Of a stretch of 64,000 nucleotides of DNA, positions 19,976-32,404 are shown in pieces (positions within the stretch are counted from its first letter, which is position 1; every line of letters begins with the position of its first letter). Origin of the DNA: Macrostomum lignano (taxonomy: Eukaryota); NCBI GenBank assembly GCA_002269645.1, contig NIVC01002330.1, positions 1 to 64,000 of the forward strand, in the 5' to 3' direction. Made by a program: the position numbers and the translations under genes. The notes below the pieces were generated by a model that was not told the DNA's origin, made no database searches, and was given only the letters and a program-made list of their open reading frames with translations.

Positions 19976-22019
19976 ATGTCAACAGCAGCGTCAGCAATGC
20001 TTTCAACGTCTTCGACTACCGAATCTGCCACTGCAGCTGCTGCTGATTCCGACGCTGCTGCCACCGCCGCTTCGTTGGGCTTGCAGATTCCAGCTCTGCC
20101 ACTCGGCGCCCGAGTCCTCATCATAGTGATCCTCGCAGCCTGCGGCCTGGTCTGCCTACTGGGAAATGCCGTCACCTGTCACGTGATCCTGCACTCGCGC
20201 CGACTGCAGAGCACCACAAACTATTTTGTGATCGCGCTTAGCGGCTCAGCGATGGCCTTCACAGTGACGCTGGGCATGGCGCTGGTGAGCCTGGCCGGCC
20301 TGTCCTGGCCGCTCGGCGACCCTGCCTGCCGTCTGGCCGGGGTCCTGCTGCACAGCCACCTCGGTTGCAACGTCTGCCTGTTGCTGTCCATCCAGGCTGA
20401 CAGGTACTACGCCATTGTGCGTCCGTTGAGCTCGCGTATTAGCCGTTCGGTTGCCAAGCGCCTCATATTCGCCAGCTGCTCGATCGGGGTCGCCTCGGCC
20501 GCGCCAATGGCCGCGCTTTACAGCCAGCGACCCGTCCTGCCCGGCGGCGGCCGCTTCGTGTGCGCGCCAGGCGGACAAACCGGTTTGGCGCTGGCCTACA
20601 TCTGCCCCTATAGTGCGCTGGCCTTCCTGCTGCCCACCTGCGCCACTCTGGCGCTCTTTGTCCGCGTCTGGACCTACCTGTGGACCATCAACCAGCCGAG
20701 GGGCTCGCTGCGCGGCGGCCGGATGCTGCAGAGGACTGCAAATCAGGTTGGGGCGCGGGATGGAGCTCAGTGATGCTGGTTATTGCTTTGGGTAATCATT
20801 GCTAGCTTATAAGATATACTCGCTACTGAGCTTACCCTCTGCTCTACTGAGCTACCCTCTGCTCTACTGAGCTACCCTCTGCTCTACTGAGCTACCCTCT
20901 GCTCTACTGAGCTACCCTCTGCTCTACTGAGCTACCCTCTGCTCTACTGAGCTACCCTCTGCTCTACTGAGCTACCCTCTGCTCTACTGAGCTACCCTCT
21001 GCTCTACTGAGCTACCCTCTGCTCTACTGAGCTACCCTCTGCTCTACTGAGCTACCCTCTGCTCTACTGAGCTACCCTCTGCTCTACTGAGCTACCCTCT
21101 GCTCTACTGAGCTACCCTCTGCTCTACTGAGCTACCCTCTGCTCTACTGAGCTACCCTCTGCTCTACTGAGCTACCCTCTGCTCTACTGAGCTACCCTCT
21201 GCTCTACTGAGCTACCCTCTGCTCTACTGAGCTACCCTCTGCTCTACTGAGCTACCCTCTGCTCTACTGAGCTACCCTCTGCTCTACTGAGCTACCCTCT
21301 GCTCTACTGAGCTACCCTCTGCTAAACTCAAGCTGACGCTTTACCAAGCTGACGCTTTGACGTTTACTAAACTACTCAAGCTGAGTAGTTTAGTAAACTC
21401 TGCTCTACTAAACTACCGTCAGCTACTCTCTCAGCTACAAGCTACCCTTTCACTCAAAAGCCCAGACCTGACAGCTTCATCGCCACTGAATTCCCTTCAA
21501 TGTCGATAAATTAGGTTAAAAATCAAAATACCCGACCCCCCATTGAACAAGGTACCTCGCGCCAAAGTGAAAACATTCAAGCTGATGGCCACAGTGGCGC
21601 TGACGGACCTCACGGCAATGTCGCTGGCTCAAGTCCTGGTGCTGGTCTTCGTCGGCATAGCGGGCGCGGCAACCGCTTTGGCGACGTTGGAAACCACCGA
21701 CAGGCCATTGGGTTTCGATCCGTTCGTGCTGTCAGTGAGCCTGTACAGCCTGGCCGGCCTGTCCAAGCCGGTCTTGTACGCCTGCATGAACGCCAACTTC
21801 CGGCGCGGCTGCCGCGAGGTTCTCTGCTGGTCCAAGCGGCGCGTCTACCGCCAGGAGCTGTACACAGTCACCAGCGTGTCCGTGTTCAGCAAGCGAAACT
21901 ACGTCACCGCGGTTGACATCAGCGGCGCGGTTGCAAATCGCTGGGAGAATCCGTCAATGTTTGAGGTGACCTCATCAGCAAAAGCGTCACCGATTGGAGG
22001 TCATGGTAACGCGATTTGA
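19976..22019 (+). CDS. GPR19: GPR19-like class A orphan GPCR, about 412 aa, 2 exons
   Basis: Exons 19976-20746 and 21552-22019 (phase 0, GT-AG). GNAVTCHVILHSRRLQSTTNYFV, DRYYAIVRPLS, QRTANQ|VPRAKVKTFKL, SKPVLYACMNANFRRGCREVLC and YTVTSVSVFSKRNYV follow the remembered human GPR19 sequence (SRRTQSTTNYFV, VPRTKVKTIK, SKPTLY...NANFRRG, KKNYV). Confidence 0.92.
20826..21323. repeat. Near-perfect 20-bp minisatellite GCTCTACTGAGCTACCCTCT in the GPR19 intron
   Basis: Direct reading; about 25 essentially identical units. Confidence 0.98.
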
Positions 22020-22199
22020 ACAATTACTTCCGTCTGCTTAGAGGCGGCGGATCGCATTTAACTAGCCCAATGATTGATCAACTTGTATTAAGACCGTACT
22101 TTTAATTGATAATTGCTTAAATGCTTTGCTATCGTGAATTGAATGCCTTAGGGAAGATGGTGAAGACAGTGGAAAAAAGTAGCAAAGCAGGGGTGCCAG

Positions 22200-22585
22200 C
22201 CGGAGGGTGGTTGGCGGAGTGAGGTTGTTGGCGCAATAAGGAGGTTGGCGAAGTGAGGTGGTTGGTGGAGTGAGGTGGTTGGCGGAGTGAGGTGGTTGGC
22301 GGAGTGAGGTGGTTGGTGGAGTGAGATGGTTGGCGGAGTGAGGTGGTTGGCGGAGTGAGGTGGTTGGTGGAATGAGATGGTTGGTGGAATGAGGTGGTTG
22401 GTGGATTGAGGTGGTTGGTGGATTGAGGTGGTTGGTGGAGTGAGGTGGTTGGCGGATGGAGGTGGTTGTGGTGGAATTAGGTGATTGGTGGAATGAGGTG
22501 GTTGGCGGAGTGAGATGGTTGGTGGAATGAGGTGGTTGGCGGAGTGAGATGGTTGGTGGAATGAGGTTGTTGGCGGAGTTAAGTG
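22200..22585. repeat. 17-bp G-rich minisatellite GAGGTGGTTGGCGGAGT
   Basis: Direct reading. Confidence 0.93.
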
Positions 22586-23727
22586 ACGGAGGGAAATTAT
22601 TGCTTATAATATTACATATTATACAATATCAACTACAAACTACATGGCAATACGCGTCTACTATACATCTATTTTACTCGATGCGATTTTGAGCACAAAC
22701 TTAGCGTCACAAAAACACGTTGTTACCGGATAGCTGGGGAGATAGCTGAATAGCTACACACCTAGAAACTAAATGAAGGCGCATTCTACTCTTAGCTGGC
22801 ACCATGCTAAACTATTGCTTTGAACGAGCACCGCACACTAGCTATTAGTATTGTAGCAGATCTCTGTCTGCTACAGAGTTTCTTTATTTTAAACTGTACA
22901 TCATTGTTAGTACATTTTTGACTGACGCCTGCTTTTTGGCTGAACTTTATTAGATTTTGCATCTATCTACGGATATTAATAATAAAAAATACATGCACGA
23001 GCAATTAGATGGTGAATAAAATCAAGTTGAGGTGTCGCTTTCTGTTGACAGTACAGGTAGAGTGTTCAGCCTTGACTTAATGATTATCAGCCCAGAAGGG
23101 AAGATATCTGTCTGTATTTTATGATGCAAAAATGAAACCAGATAGCTTGAAAATGAATAATAGTTCCTGCGTGCATTGATTGACTCAGTAATGTACGCTT
23201 GGGAAACGGCTCCATATTCCAAAAATCAACTGATTGCTATAAGAGGTGAGCAGGTATTTATAGTACAAATGGGACATAGCATATTTACACTAGACGCTTT
23301 GCGCGCGTGACTGTAGAACGCTTGCAGTCGGGATATTTTTGGGAAAATATTTGTATTCAGATTAGCTACACTAGAGCCTTTTATCCTTACAGCAGATTCG
23401 GGAAAGGCACACACAATCAAATGCAGGTATTGAGCTTCAGCGTGTGCAGCAGACTAACCAAGTTTGCACACTGCGGTGCATCGAAAATGCAAACATCCTG
23501 CTCACCTTATTTCAACCGAATGCAAGCCTTGATTTGGGTGTGTTGGAGTACTTTAGTCTGCTTCAACTTTTTTAGGTAAAACAACTGATACCCGACTAAC
23601 CGCTAGTTGGCTTCAATTAACGCCCTTCGTTTGGAAAGGCCTAATGAAAAATAGTCCATTTTGTGTCAAATAAAAAAATCTATACCAGTTAAAAATAATG
23701 ATTTATAATCGCACACAATATTTCTGC

Positions 23728-24025
23728 GGACAATTGACTGCCAGTGACAATTGACTGCCGGTGACAATTGACTGCCGGTGACAATTGACTGTCGGTGACA
23801 ATTGACTGTCAGTGACAATTGACTGTCGGTGACAATTGACTGTCAGTGACAATTGACTGCCGGTGACAATTGACTGTCAGTAACAATTGACTGCCAGTGA
23901 CAATTGACTGCCGGTGATAATTAACTGTCAGTGACAATTGACTGCCAGTGACAATTGACTGCCAGTGACAATTGACTGCCGGTGACAATTGACTGTCAGT
24001 AACAATTGACTGCCAGTGACAATTG
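23728..24025. repeat. 17-bp minisatellite TGACAATTGACTGCC(A/G)G
   Basis: Direct reading. Confidence 0.96.
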
Positions 24026-24679
24026 ATAGATCAACGAACTAGCGACCAACAACAAAGAAATGATAAGACTCAACAAGCTCTTGCAAAAAACTATTTAGTG
24101 CATACAAAAATTGCAAAACTCAATCCGATACAGCACTGTGCAAGTGCTATACATATCTATGCATTTTATTTATCTAAACATACTTCCTTAGAAACAAATA
24201 ACTAATGTGCTGCGAAATAGAGTCCTGGATAGAGAAAAACTTGTAGAAAAAGAGTTGTGGCACAAACTCTACATGGAAGTGGACACACAGATCTAGAAAG
24301 TTGAAATTCCCAAAAAAATAGTATAAAAAGACAGTTTCATTGGTCAACACTGCCACAAAACGGGGAAATTATAGGGAACTAGAACTAGAATACTAGAAGT
24401 ACGAGTAGCATTTAAATTCAGATAGAATGTAGGCTGTGTTACAGGCTACTTAATCAAGTAGTCTAAACCGTGTCAAAAATGTGCTTTATAGTGCAACACT
24501 GCAACAAAGACAACAAAAAGCTGGTTAATGATGGGGGAATATTAAGCTGCTTGACAATCTTGCTAATCTGCAAGAGAATGAATGCGAGCCAGATTAATAT
24601 TCATGCATAAGCTTAGGCCAGCTTTTCAGTTAAATCCATGGTAGAGAACCTGAAAGCTCATTGCTACTCAACTCCTCCT

Positions 24680-25265
24680 CGTAGGTTGCTATGCTACCCG
24701 CCCCTCCCGAAGGTTGCTACTCCATTCCCGAAGGTTGCTACTCCATTCCCGAAGGTTGCTACTCCATTCCCGTAGGTTGCTACCCCCTCTCCCGTGGTTG
24801 CTACCCCCTCTCCCGTAGGTTGCCACCCCATTCCCGTAGGTTGCTACCCCCTCTCTCCTCTCCCGTAGGTTGCCACCCCATTCCCATAGGTTGCTACCCC
24901 CTCTCCCGTGGTTGCTACCCCTCTCCCGTAGGTTGCCACCCCATTCCCGTAGGTTGCTACCCCATTCCCGTAGGTTGCTACTCCATTCCCATAGATTGCT
25001 ACTCCATTCCCGTAGGTTGCTACCCCCTCTCCCGTGGTTGCTACCCCCTCTCCTGTGGTTGCTACCCCCTCCCCTCTCCCGTGGTTGCTACCCCCTCTCC
25101 CGTAGGTTGCTAGCCCCATTCCCGTAGGTTGCTACCCCCAATCTCGTAGGTTGCTATCACATTTCCGTAGGTTGCTAGCCCATTCCCGTAGGTTGCTAGC
25201 CCATTCCCGTAGGTTGCTACCCCCAATCTCGTAGGTTGCTATCCCATTTCCGTAGGTTGCTACCC
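24680..25265. repeat. About 21-bp minisatellite GTAGGTTGCTACCCCATTCCC
   Basis: Direct reading. Confidence 0.95.
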
Positions 25266-25428
25266 CGCAGGTTACCTACCTCTCCCTGACCACTGTTTGA
25301 TGGAGTGCAGCTACCAACTCTAATAAAAATGTCAGCTAATTGAATTACAGATTTTCCATAGTATGCAAAGTGACTAGGGCACTAAAGACACTGATATGCT
25401 CCTTAGGCTCGCACAAGATCGATAAAAA

Positions 25429-25794
25429 CTATTTTTGTCCCTGCTTGGCCGGCGCCTTGCCAGCTTTAGCCGACATGCCAACTAGCACAGCTGGGTTGTT
25501 GCGAATCTGCTGCCGCAGGCCAACCAGCAGGCTGTCCAGCGACTCCTCCTCCGGAGCCTTGCCGGCCTCCTCCACCACAATCGGCTGGTCATCCTCATCC
25601 TCAGCCTGCTCGGCCTGGCATTTGGCCACGGCGGCCAAGAACTGGTCACGTGACATACCACTGCTTGCTAGCCAAAATTCGGGCGTGTTCTGCTTTAACC
25701 AATCGGCATTTGATGCTAAATTGGATTTCAATTTTCCAACTAAGTTTTCAAGCGAATCCTCGTTAGAGGCGTTGCTGTTTGAATTTGAAGCCAT
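25429..25794 (-). CDS. Small orphan protein (121 aa) with an acidic centre and two LD-like helical motifs
   Basis: ATG at 25794, TAG ending at 25429. Non-repetitive ORF with GC-rich, coding-like codons in AT-rich surroundings. No recognisable family. Confidence 0.6.
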   Translation of the reverse strand: MASNSNSNASNEDSLENLVGKLKSNLASNADWLKQNTPEFWLASSGMSRDQFLAAVAKCQAEQAEDEDDQPIVVEEAGKAPEEESLDSLLVGLRQQIRNNPAVLVGMSAKAGKAPAKQGQK

Positions 25795-26988
25795 GAATGA
25801 TAAATGAATTAAAAATTCGTGCCACATTTCTAAGAAACAAAGATTATTTTAACCATTCTTTTCAGATTTGCCTATTTTTGTTCACTATCTGAATAAATTT
25901 TTGAAGTCCGCCAACGCGCGCCAAACATGACACACGGGTAAACAGCGGGAGTAACTGTGACAGAGTTGCCTCGTCAGCTAATAAGTAGTTTAATCCTGCA
26001 CTGTTTCTCTAATTTTCTTAAATAAACCACGAGATTTACTATAACCAACTTGCCTAAGGTGTCTACCTTATCGTATTATAAGTTTTATTAATTCAACTAA
26101 CAAGCTGCTTACACTATTGCATAAATTTGCAGAAACTGCAGTAACTTTGCACACCTTTTCACCTTGGTCTTGCAGTCTGGCCATTATTAAAATGTTTCTC
26201 AAACTAAAACTGCCATGACAAATTGGTGGCTTCTCAATGCTGTGAAGGTGATGAAAGCTTTTGACAATTTGATATAGCCAGAGGGATAGCATAAGCATGC
26301 TACCCTTCAACACACTGTTACTTCTATGCGCCACCCTTTAAGTGTGCAACATTCCTCAGCCCTTCTGGCATACCAAGTTCTTAAAAATGTTTTTTTTCAT
26401 TAGGGTTTTTGGTCACAATAATATGCATCAAATATTGTTAGAGATTAGCAATTTATTTTTTTGTTGAAAATGTATGCAATAAATAGTTATATTATATTAT
26501 TGAATGTACTATGCTTAGATTAGTCTGCTACAATGTGGCAACAAAAAATTGCAAATAGGAGAATGACCCAGGCCAGGACTAAAAGCCATGACCTATAAGT
26601 TATTGACAATTGATAACTCTAAAAAATATTAACCATATTACATTAAAAACTTGAAATCTCAAATAGAACATAGAACTTTTTAAGGTTTATTTATAGCAAG
26701 AAGCCAAGAAAAGACAATTAGATAACAACCCACTTCCTTTGATAGCAAAGAAGAAGCAATCTAGATTTTGTTAAAATTAAAACAAAATAGTCACATGGAA
26801 TATCCATACAATACTATTTAGTTTTATTTCTAGTAATAAAACAAAGTTAGACTATAGAATTTTTTGTAAGACAATAATTCAAGCAGATATTTATTCACTA
26901 AGATCATATTAAAAATATAGTTATGCCATAGTGTAACATTTTAGTGTGCAAGTTACTTTTTTACTAAATTTCGGGAGTCCGTTATACA

Positions 26989-27248
26989 GGGCCTCTTCAT
27001 ATTGCTTGTTCTGGTTCCAGAACCAGAACCAATTTGTGAAGTATAACTTTTTGTCTCCATAACTAGAGGGAGATACGTGCTAAAAGTTTTTATTATTGAA
27101 CGAAAATCGCCAAGAAGAAAGTGAAAAATTGTGCCAAATTAGGTTGTTAAGGCAGTCAAATATTAACAGAGTTTAATGGTTATACTGCTGTTTTTCTTGG
27201 AATTCCGAACCAATTCTGGTTCTGGAATTGGTAATATGACTTAGGCCC
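26989..27248. mobile_element. MITE with imperfect GGGCCT...CATATT TIRs and a 3-bp TSD (ACA), PIF/Harbinger-like
   Basis: Left end GGGCCTCTTCATATTGC; right end reverse complement GGGCCTAAGTCATATTAC; shared subterminal TTCCAGAACCAGAA; ACA at 26986-26988 and 27249-27251. Confidence 0.55.
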
Positions 27249-27799
27249 ACAGTGTTACTTTGCAACAATTGCAATATTTAAATTTAAAACTAAAATGCTT
27301 AGCTAGTACGCCGGTTGTCACATATTTTTGCATTTTCATTCCTAAATTTAAAATTAAGTGAATAGTATCATATGGTATTGCGCTTAATTAATGAAGAAAT
27401 ACTTGAAACCTGTTTTACTTTGTTAATTTCGGTAAAATATTTTCGCCCTCATTTTCGTTACTAAAAATTTTCAAGTTTGATTCAAACAAACAACCAAAGA
27501 AAGAAATTCATCTGTAGCCTCCACAAGTCCCTCCACTGGCACTGCAGTACACTGCACCATTTTATACAGTTCTATTTATTTTACTCTATTGAATTGTTGA
27601 TATTCGTTTATTTTATCATTTATAATTTTAATTATTGATTGCCATTGCCCATTGGTCCTTCTACTTGCCTCACATTGTGTCGCCAATTCCTGTCTCTGTC
27701 TGTTAATCGGTTAATCCCAATGCCCAATGGCAAATTTTGGTAACAACAATGTGAAAAATGTGCAATGTGAAAAATGCAGAAAATTTTGTTAATAACATG

Positions 27800-27943
27800 G
27801 GTAACGGAAGTGAGTAACGGACAGTAACTTAAAAGTTACCAGGTTTTTGTCTAAAGTTACTAGGCTAACGTAAGTTACTTTTTAAAAATAACTTAAGTTA
27901 CAGTAACGCAAGTTACTTTTTTTGAGTAACTTGCCCAACACTG
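27800..27943 (-). mobile_element. Probable terminal fragment of a non-autonomous DNA transposon with GTAAC/GTTAC subterminal repeats
   Basis: Minus strand begins CAGTGTTGGGCAAGTTACT followed by many GTTAC/GTAAC motifs; the matching second end is not clearly found. Confidence 0.4.
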
Positions 27944-28659
27944 CCTATTGCACCCGAAGATGGAATCCTTGTATTACTACTATTTGGTATGTCATACGCA
28001 AAAAATTCTACTTGTCGCACTTTATGATTTTAGAACTCAACTTAATAAATCGCAAAATATTACAGATGGTTTTCTTAGAAAATTAAATTCAAGTTCCTGC
28101 CAAAGTCGCTTTACTGTATTCATTTTTGTTTTACTACGCGCGCAGTTATTACCTTACTATTGCGCATCTGCACTTTTTAATATAATTTTGCGGCACATTT
28201 TTTTTTAACTTTTGTTACATAATTACATTTTTTGCTTAATCACAAAACGTGTTTTTGCAAGTTTTCCATCCGGGGACGGGAATGCACCCATCCAGCCAAA
28301 GCCAAGGTCAATTGAAATCCTTGCATGGTTGATTCGCCACGCAACTAGCATATGAGCACAACACGAGTATTTAAGAGATGACACTGTTACAGTTCACCAA
28401 AGACCTTAGCATGATCGATATCCAAGGATATGGTGCCATGCCAAAGAACCTAATTATTTCAAAGCAGGTAATCATATATCTTGAACAATGCAGGCAGCTA
28501 GGGGCCGATCCTACTCATATGGTTAAAGAACACTAGCTTTGACCTACTAGTGTACAGTATATATTCGGTAATAAAAAATTATTCACTTGTGGTCAAGCCA
28601 TGAACAAGTAGAACACTTACAATTAGTACCACTAGCAATGTGTATTTATATATATACCT

Positions 28660-29400
28660 GCCATTACTGCGAATTGCCATACCGTATTTCAGAAGGAATA
28701 ACGCATATATGCTTCCGATAAACAAGCTCAACACACAGATACGCGCTCGTAGAATGAATTTTCGTCCTGCGCTCGTACAAAAGCAGTCTGCGCCTTCTCA
28801 GATCGGACATGCGATTAAACGACACAGCCTGGAAGCAGCTCTTTACCTTCACAGACGGCAGGTTGTTAATAGGTACAATATTGACTCGGCAAGAGCAGCG
28901 GGGAGTTGACCCGGCCGCAGCGCAGCAGCGTCATGGTGGAGTCAGCAAGTGTTAAATTATGAAATTAGTTGCGATTCAAGTCGGTCGAGTCGTTTTCAAC
29001 CAAGACCAGCCAGGAGCTGAACAGGGCTCGCAGGCGCTGGATGTTGCAGTGCAGGGAGCTCGGCAGACCGGCCATGCCCTTGCGCATGGTGGTTGCCACC
29101 ACCACCGCCTAGCTGTGGAGCCAAGCCCTGTCAGCTGCAGCCCCGATGTAGCGAGTTGTCCAGGTGATCAACAAGCACGTACAGGTACAGCTTCTTGAAG
29201 GTGGCGTCAGTTCTGTTAGCTTCATTCTCAATGTCGAACGGAGACTGGGGAAGCAGCTCCTCATTCGACTGGGATTCCGGTTGCGAATCGAAACTGTTCT
29301 GGCTGTTAGTGCTTCTGATGCTGGCAAAAAGCATAAATACATGTATTAAGGTAGCACCCACTGCCAGGTAGAGACTGGGGACTCGTCCAATGGGAGCAAA
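28660..29400 (-). pseudogene. Putative decayed type II membrane glycosyltransferase-like gene
   Basis: Signal-anchor-like VPSLYLAVGATLIHVFMLFASI followed by a stem region. In another frame AVVVATTMRKGMAGLPSSLHCNIQRLRALFSSWLVLVENDSTD (GT-A-like ENDSTD motif). Interrupted by stops and frame changes with no clean splice solution. Confidence 0.35.
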
Positions 29401-29401
29401 A

Positions 29402-29511
<110 letters not shown>

Positions 29512-31059
29512 TTTACTGTTGACAATATAAGCATGCAGCATGCCAAAATTGAATGAGAAATCTGCATGCAGGAGAAAGTTTTGTTCATAGACAGAATAAA
29601 CGCCCCTACTATGTTTATTCTTGTGTTTTACTAGTCTCGTGTTCTACTTTATCTAAATATATCTGCAACTAGGATTGATTAAGAGCAGAACTGCACGCCT
29701 TGAACACGAGCTCAGGTCATTAGTTTTAAAAAGCCTCGGTTGAACTTAAAAGCTCCCGCACTAGCTGCTTGGTTTTTTAGGATTTTTTACTGTTCAAACA
29801 GCTGTTTAACTGTGCCTAAACTTAAAAAGCCTGATTTACAAATAATTACGTCTGTAGGACGCTACGCCGTTATTGTATTCTTTTCATGTTCATGACAATC
29901 CATTCGCTCTAAACGGAAAAGCTTTTTACGCATAGAAAGTTTCAATTTGCACCTGGTATCTGTGCGTTATTAATTATATACAGTGCAGTTCGACAAAACT
30001 ATGCATGCCGTAGACGTAGTTCAGTTCCGATGTTTGCATATTGGCAGTTTAAGTAGTCCCTGTTCTTAGGCTATCAGTAAGCAAGCCAACTTAACTGAAG
30101 TAGCGCTGCAGTATGAATCTCTGAAAGAGTACCAAACTTCTTGATTAACCAGTTTTTGCATATTCTGATCTCTTGGGTCCTTGATCTTTACCCGGCCTTC
30201 TCCGCCCATGTGCCGCGGTATTGCTTACTGTTGCGCAACGTCCCAATCTAAGGGGAGGTCGCGGTGGTCAAAGAACCCAAAGAAACCAGAAACCATAATT
30301 CACTCTTGCTGTGTTAAGATATATTTCAGCGACTACAGGACCTTGAGACGCTTGCCCCCTGGCTTGCAAGCTATATATTTGTTTATAAAATAACTGAAAG
30401 CATTAGTTACATTAATTAAGCAGCATTGCAATTAAGTCAGGTCGGGGTGAGCCAACTGCCAAACTTTGCATTCAGGGTTAGCAAACCAGTATGCCCACGG
30501 GACAGTGAATAGGCCCAAGACAGCAACACAGAAAAAACTCCGAATATGTGCCCCATAGCTTGTGCACACTAAGAGCAGTGCGACGGCGGATGTATTAAAC
30601 AAAATCTATAGACTCGTATACCACTAGTCTTAAAAGGATTTTCGAGCATTGTTTGCTGCAACGATTTTGTCTTATTTACTGTTGCGCACCAATATGCAAA
30701 AGTCGCTAGCTACTCCGATAAACATAATTACCAAAACGGTTATTACGAGTATGAAGTCAGTTACCAAAAGCTTGAGTAGCTTTGATACTTTCTTCCGATG
30801 CTCAAATGTTTCAAAACGCAAGCCAAAACTACTGTCTGTCGATAAATTTGAAATATTTTTCTATTTATTTTGTTTTTTGTTACCCGAGACATGAATAGCG
30901 TCTTTCTGATTGGTTAGGCTTACTGTAAGGTGATGGAGTTACTCTTATTTAATTGTATTATGCGGTGCGGTCATACAAAGCTTCTGTGGTCATTTCGAAG
31001 TTTCAATATGCAATGCATGCAAACTTCAATTGATTGTATACTTTTGGATTGAGTTACTA

Positions 31060-31283
31060 CACCTTTTCACGTTCAATTTTGAACAAAGTCCAGTTCTAAA
31101 AAAACTAGCGGAAATTCAATTCAGACAATTCAGACTGGGGCAACAAAACCCAGTTCAAAACATTCTGCTACGGAAGCGAGGTTTAGCCATAGACAAAATT
31201 GTCCCCAGTCTGAATTGTCTGAATTGAATTTCCGCTAGTTTTTTTAGAACTGGACTTTGTTCAAAATTGAACGTGAAAAGGTG
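31060..31283. mobile_element. MITE with perfect 81-bp TIRs flanked by TA (Tc1/mariner-type TSD)
   Basis: 31060-31140 is the exact reverse complement of 31203-31283; TA at 31058-59 and 31284-85; 62-bp spacer. Confidence 0.85.
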
Positions 31284-32404
31284 TATTCAGTACTAGAAAA
31301 TACCACTTCTCGTTTAGCGTAAAATTTTCTTAAAAAATTGTTCAACTTTTCAACAACTGGGTGGGAAGTTTTGTTAATCCAGTTAATCCAGTTGCAAGAA
31401 AATGCCAATGGACTGCATGACAAAACCAACGAATCGAGCTTATTGGCGCGAATAGAAACTATATACACGAAGACAGGTGCAACACAGAGCATCGCTGAGC
31501 CACACGCACTCATTCACGCCTAGCAGTGCAGTGTTTACTTTAAACTGTAACTATAGCTAATGCGACAACATTGGCATGTGAAATGAATTGGATTTTTATG
31601 CAATTCAACCGTAACCAGGCACTGAATCGACAGGTGACCCACGTGCCACACAGGAGATTAATTAAACAATTGTTGTATTTTGAGTATGAGTACATAGGAT
31701 TATTTTATCCAAACGATCAATACGTGTATTAAATATTATTCAGTAAAAATTGTCAACAAAAACCATTCTTATCATGCTTACAGAATGCAGGTATGTCAAT
31801 ATAACGAACTGCAAACCCTGATGAAGACGAAAGATCAGCGCGTTTTAAGAGAACCTACGGAATAGTTTTGAGAAATAGTTATTGCACAGCTGGAAGACAC
31901 CAGCACGGTACAGACATCAGCGTCCAACATCAAAGAGTATATCATGATACACAACTAGCTACATTTAACTTAAAATTATGGAGAAAGTAAATTAAACGGA
32001 AAACGAAATCAAATTGATAACATCCCGTCATCTGGAAAGTTTCTAGCGCTGTTTTTTCACAAATTATAATTAGTTAGAGTAAAATAAGCATTCATGTAAT
32101 ATTTACTCAACAAAATAGTTACCCCCAGCAGCAAAGACGGCCTTCCAATGAGTTACCCTCCCCTTTCCCATTCGTCTTCGTTGGTTTTCGTCCTTCGTTT
32201 CCCATTCGTTTAGTTAGGGATATAACTAAAATATAATTGGAAGTTGAAATGCCTGGAATGTAAGCTGGATGCGGCAACACCTCCCAGCCCAAGCACAAAT
32301 TTTTACTTAAAGATTAATTTCAATGACCAATGTAACCCATTCAAGATTGCAAAGCGCCAAAACTTTCGGGATGACGTGATATGTTGACAATCAACATAAG
32401 AATG

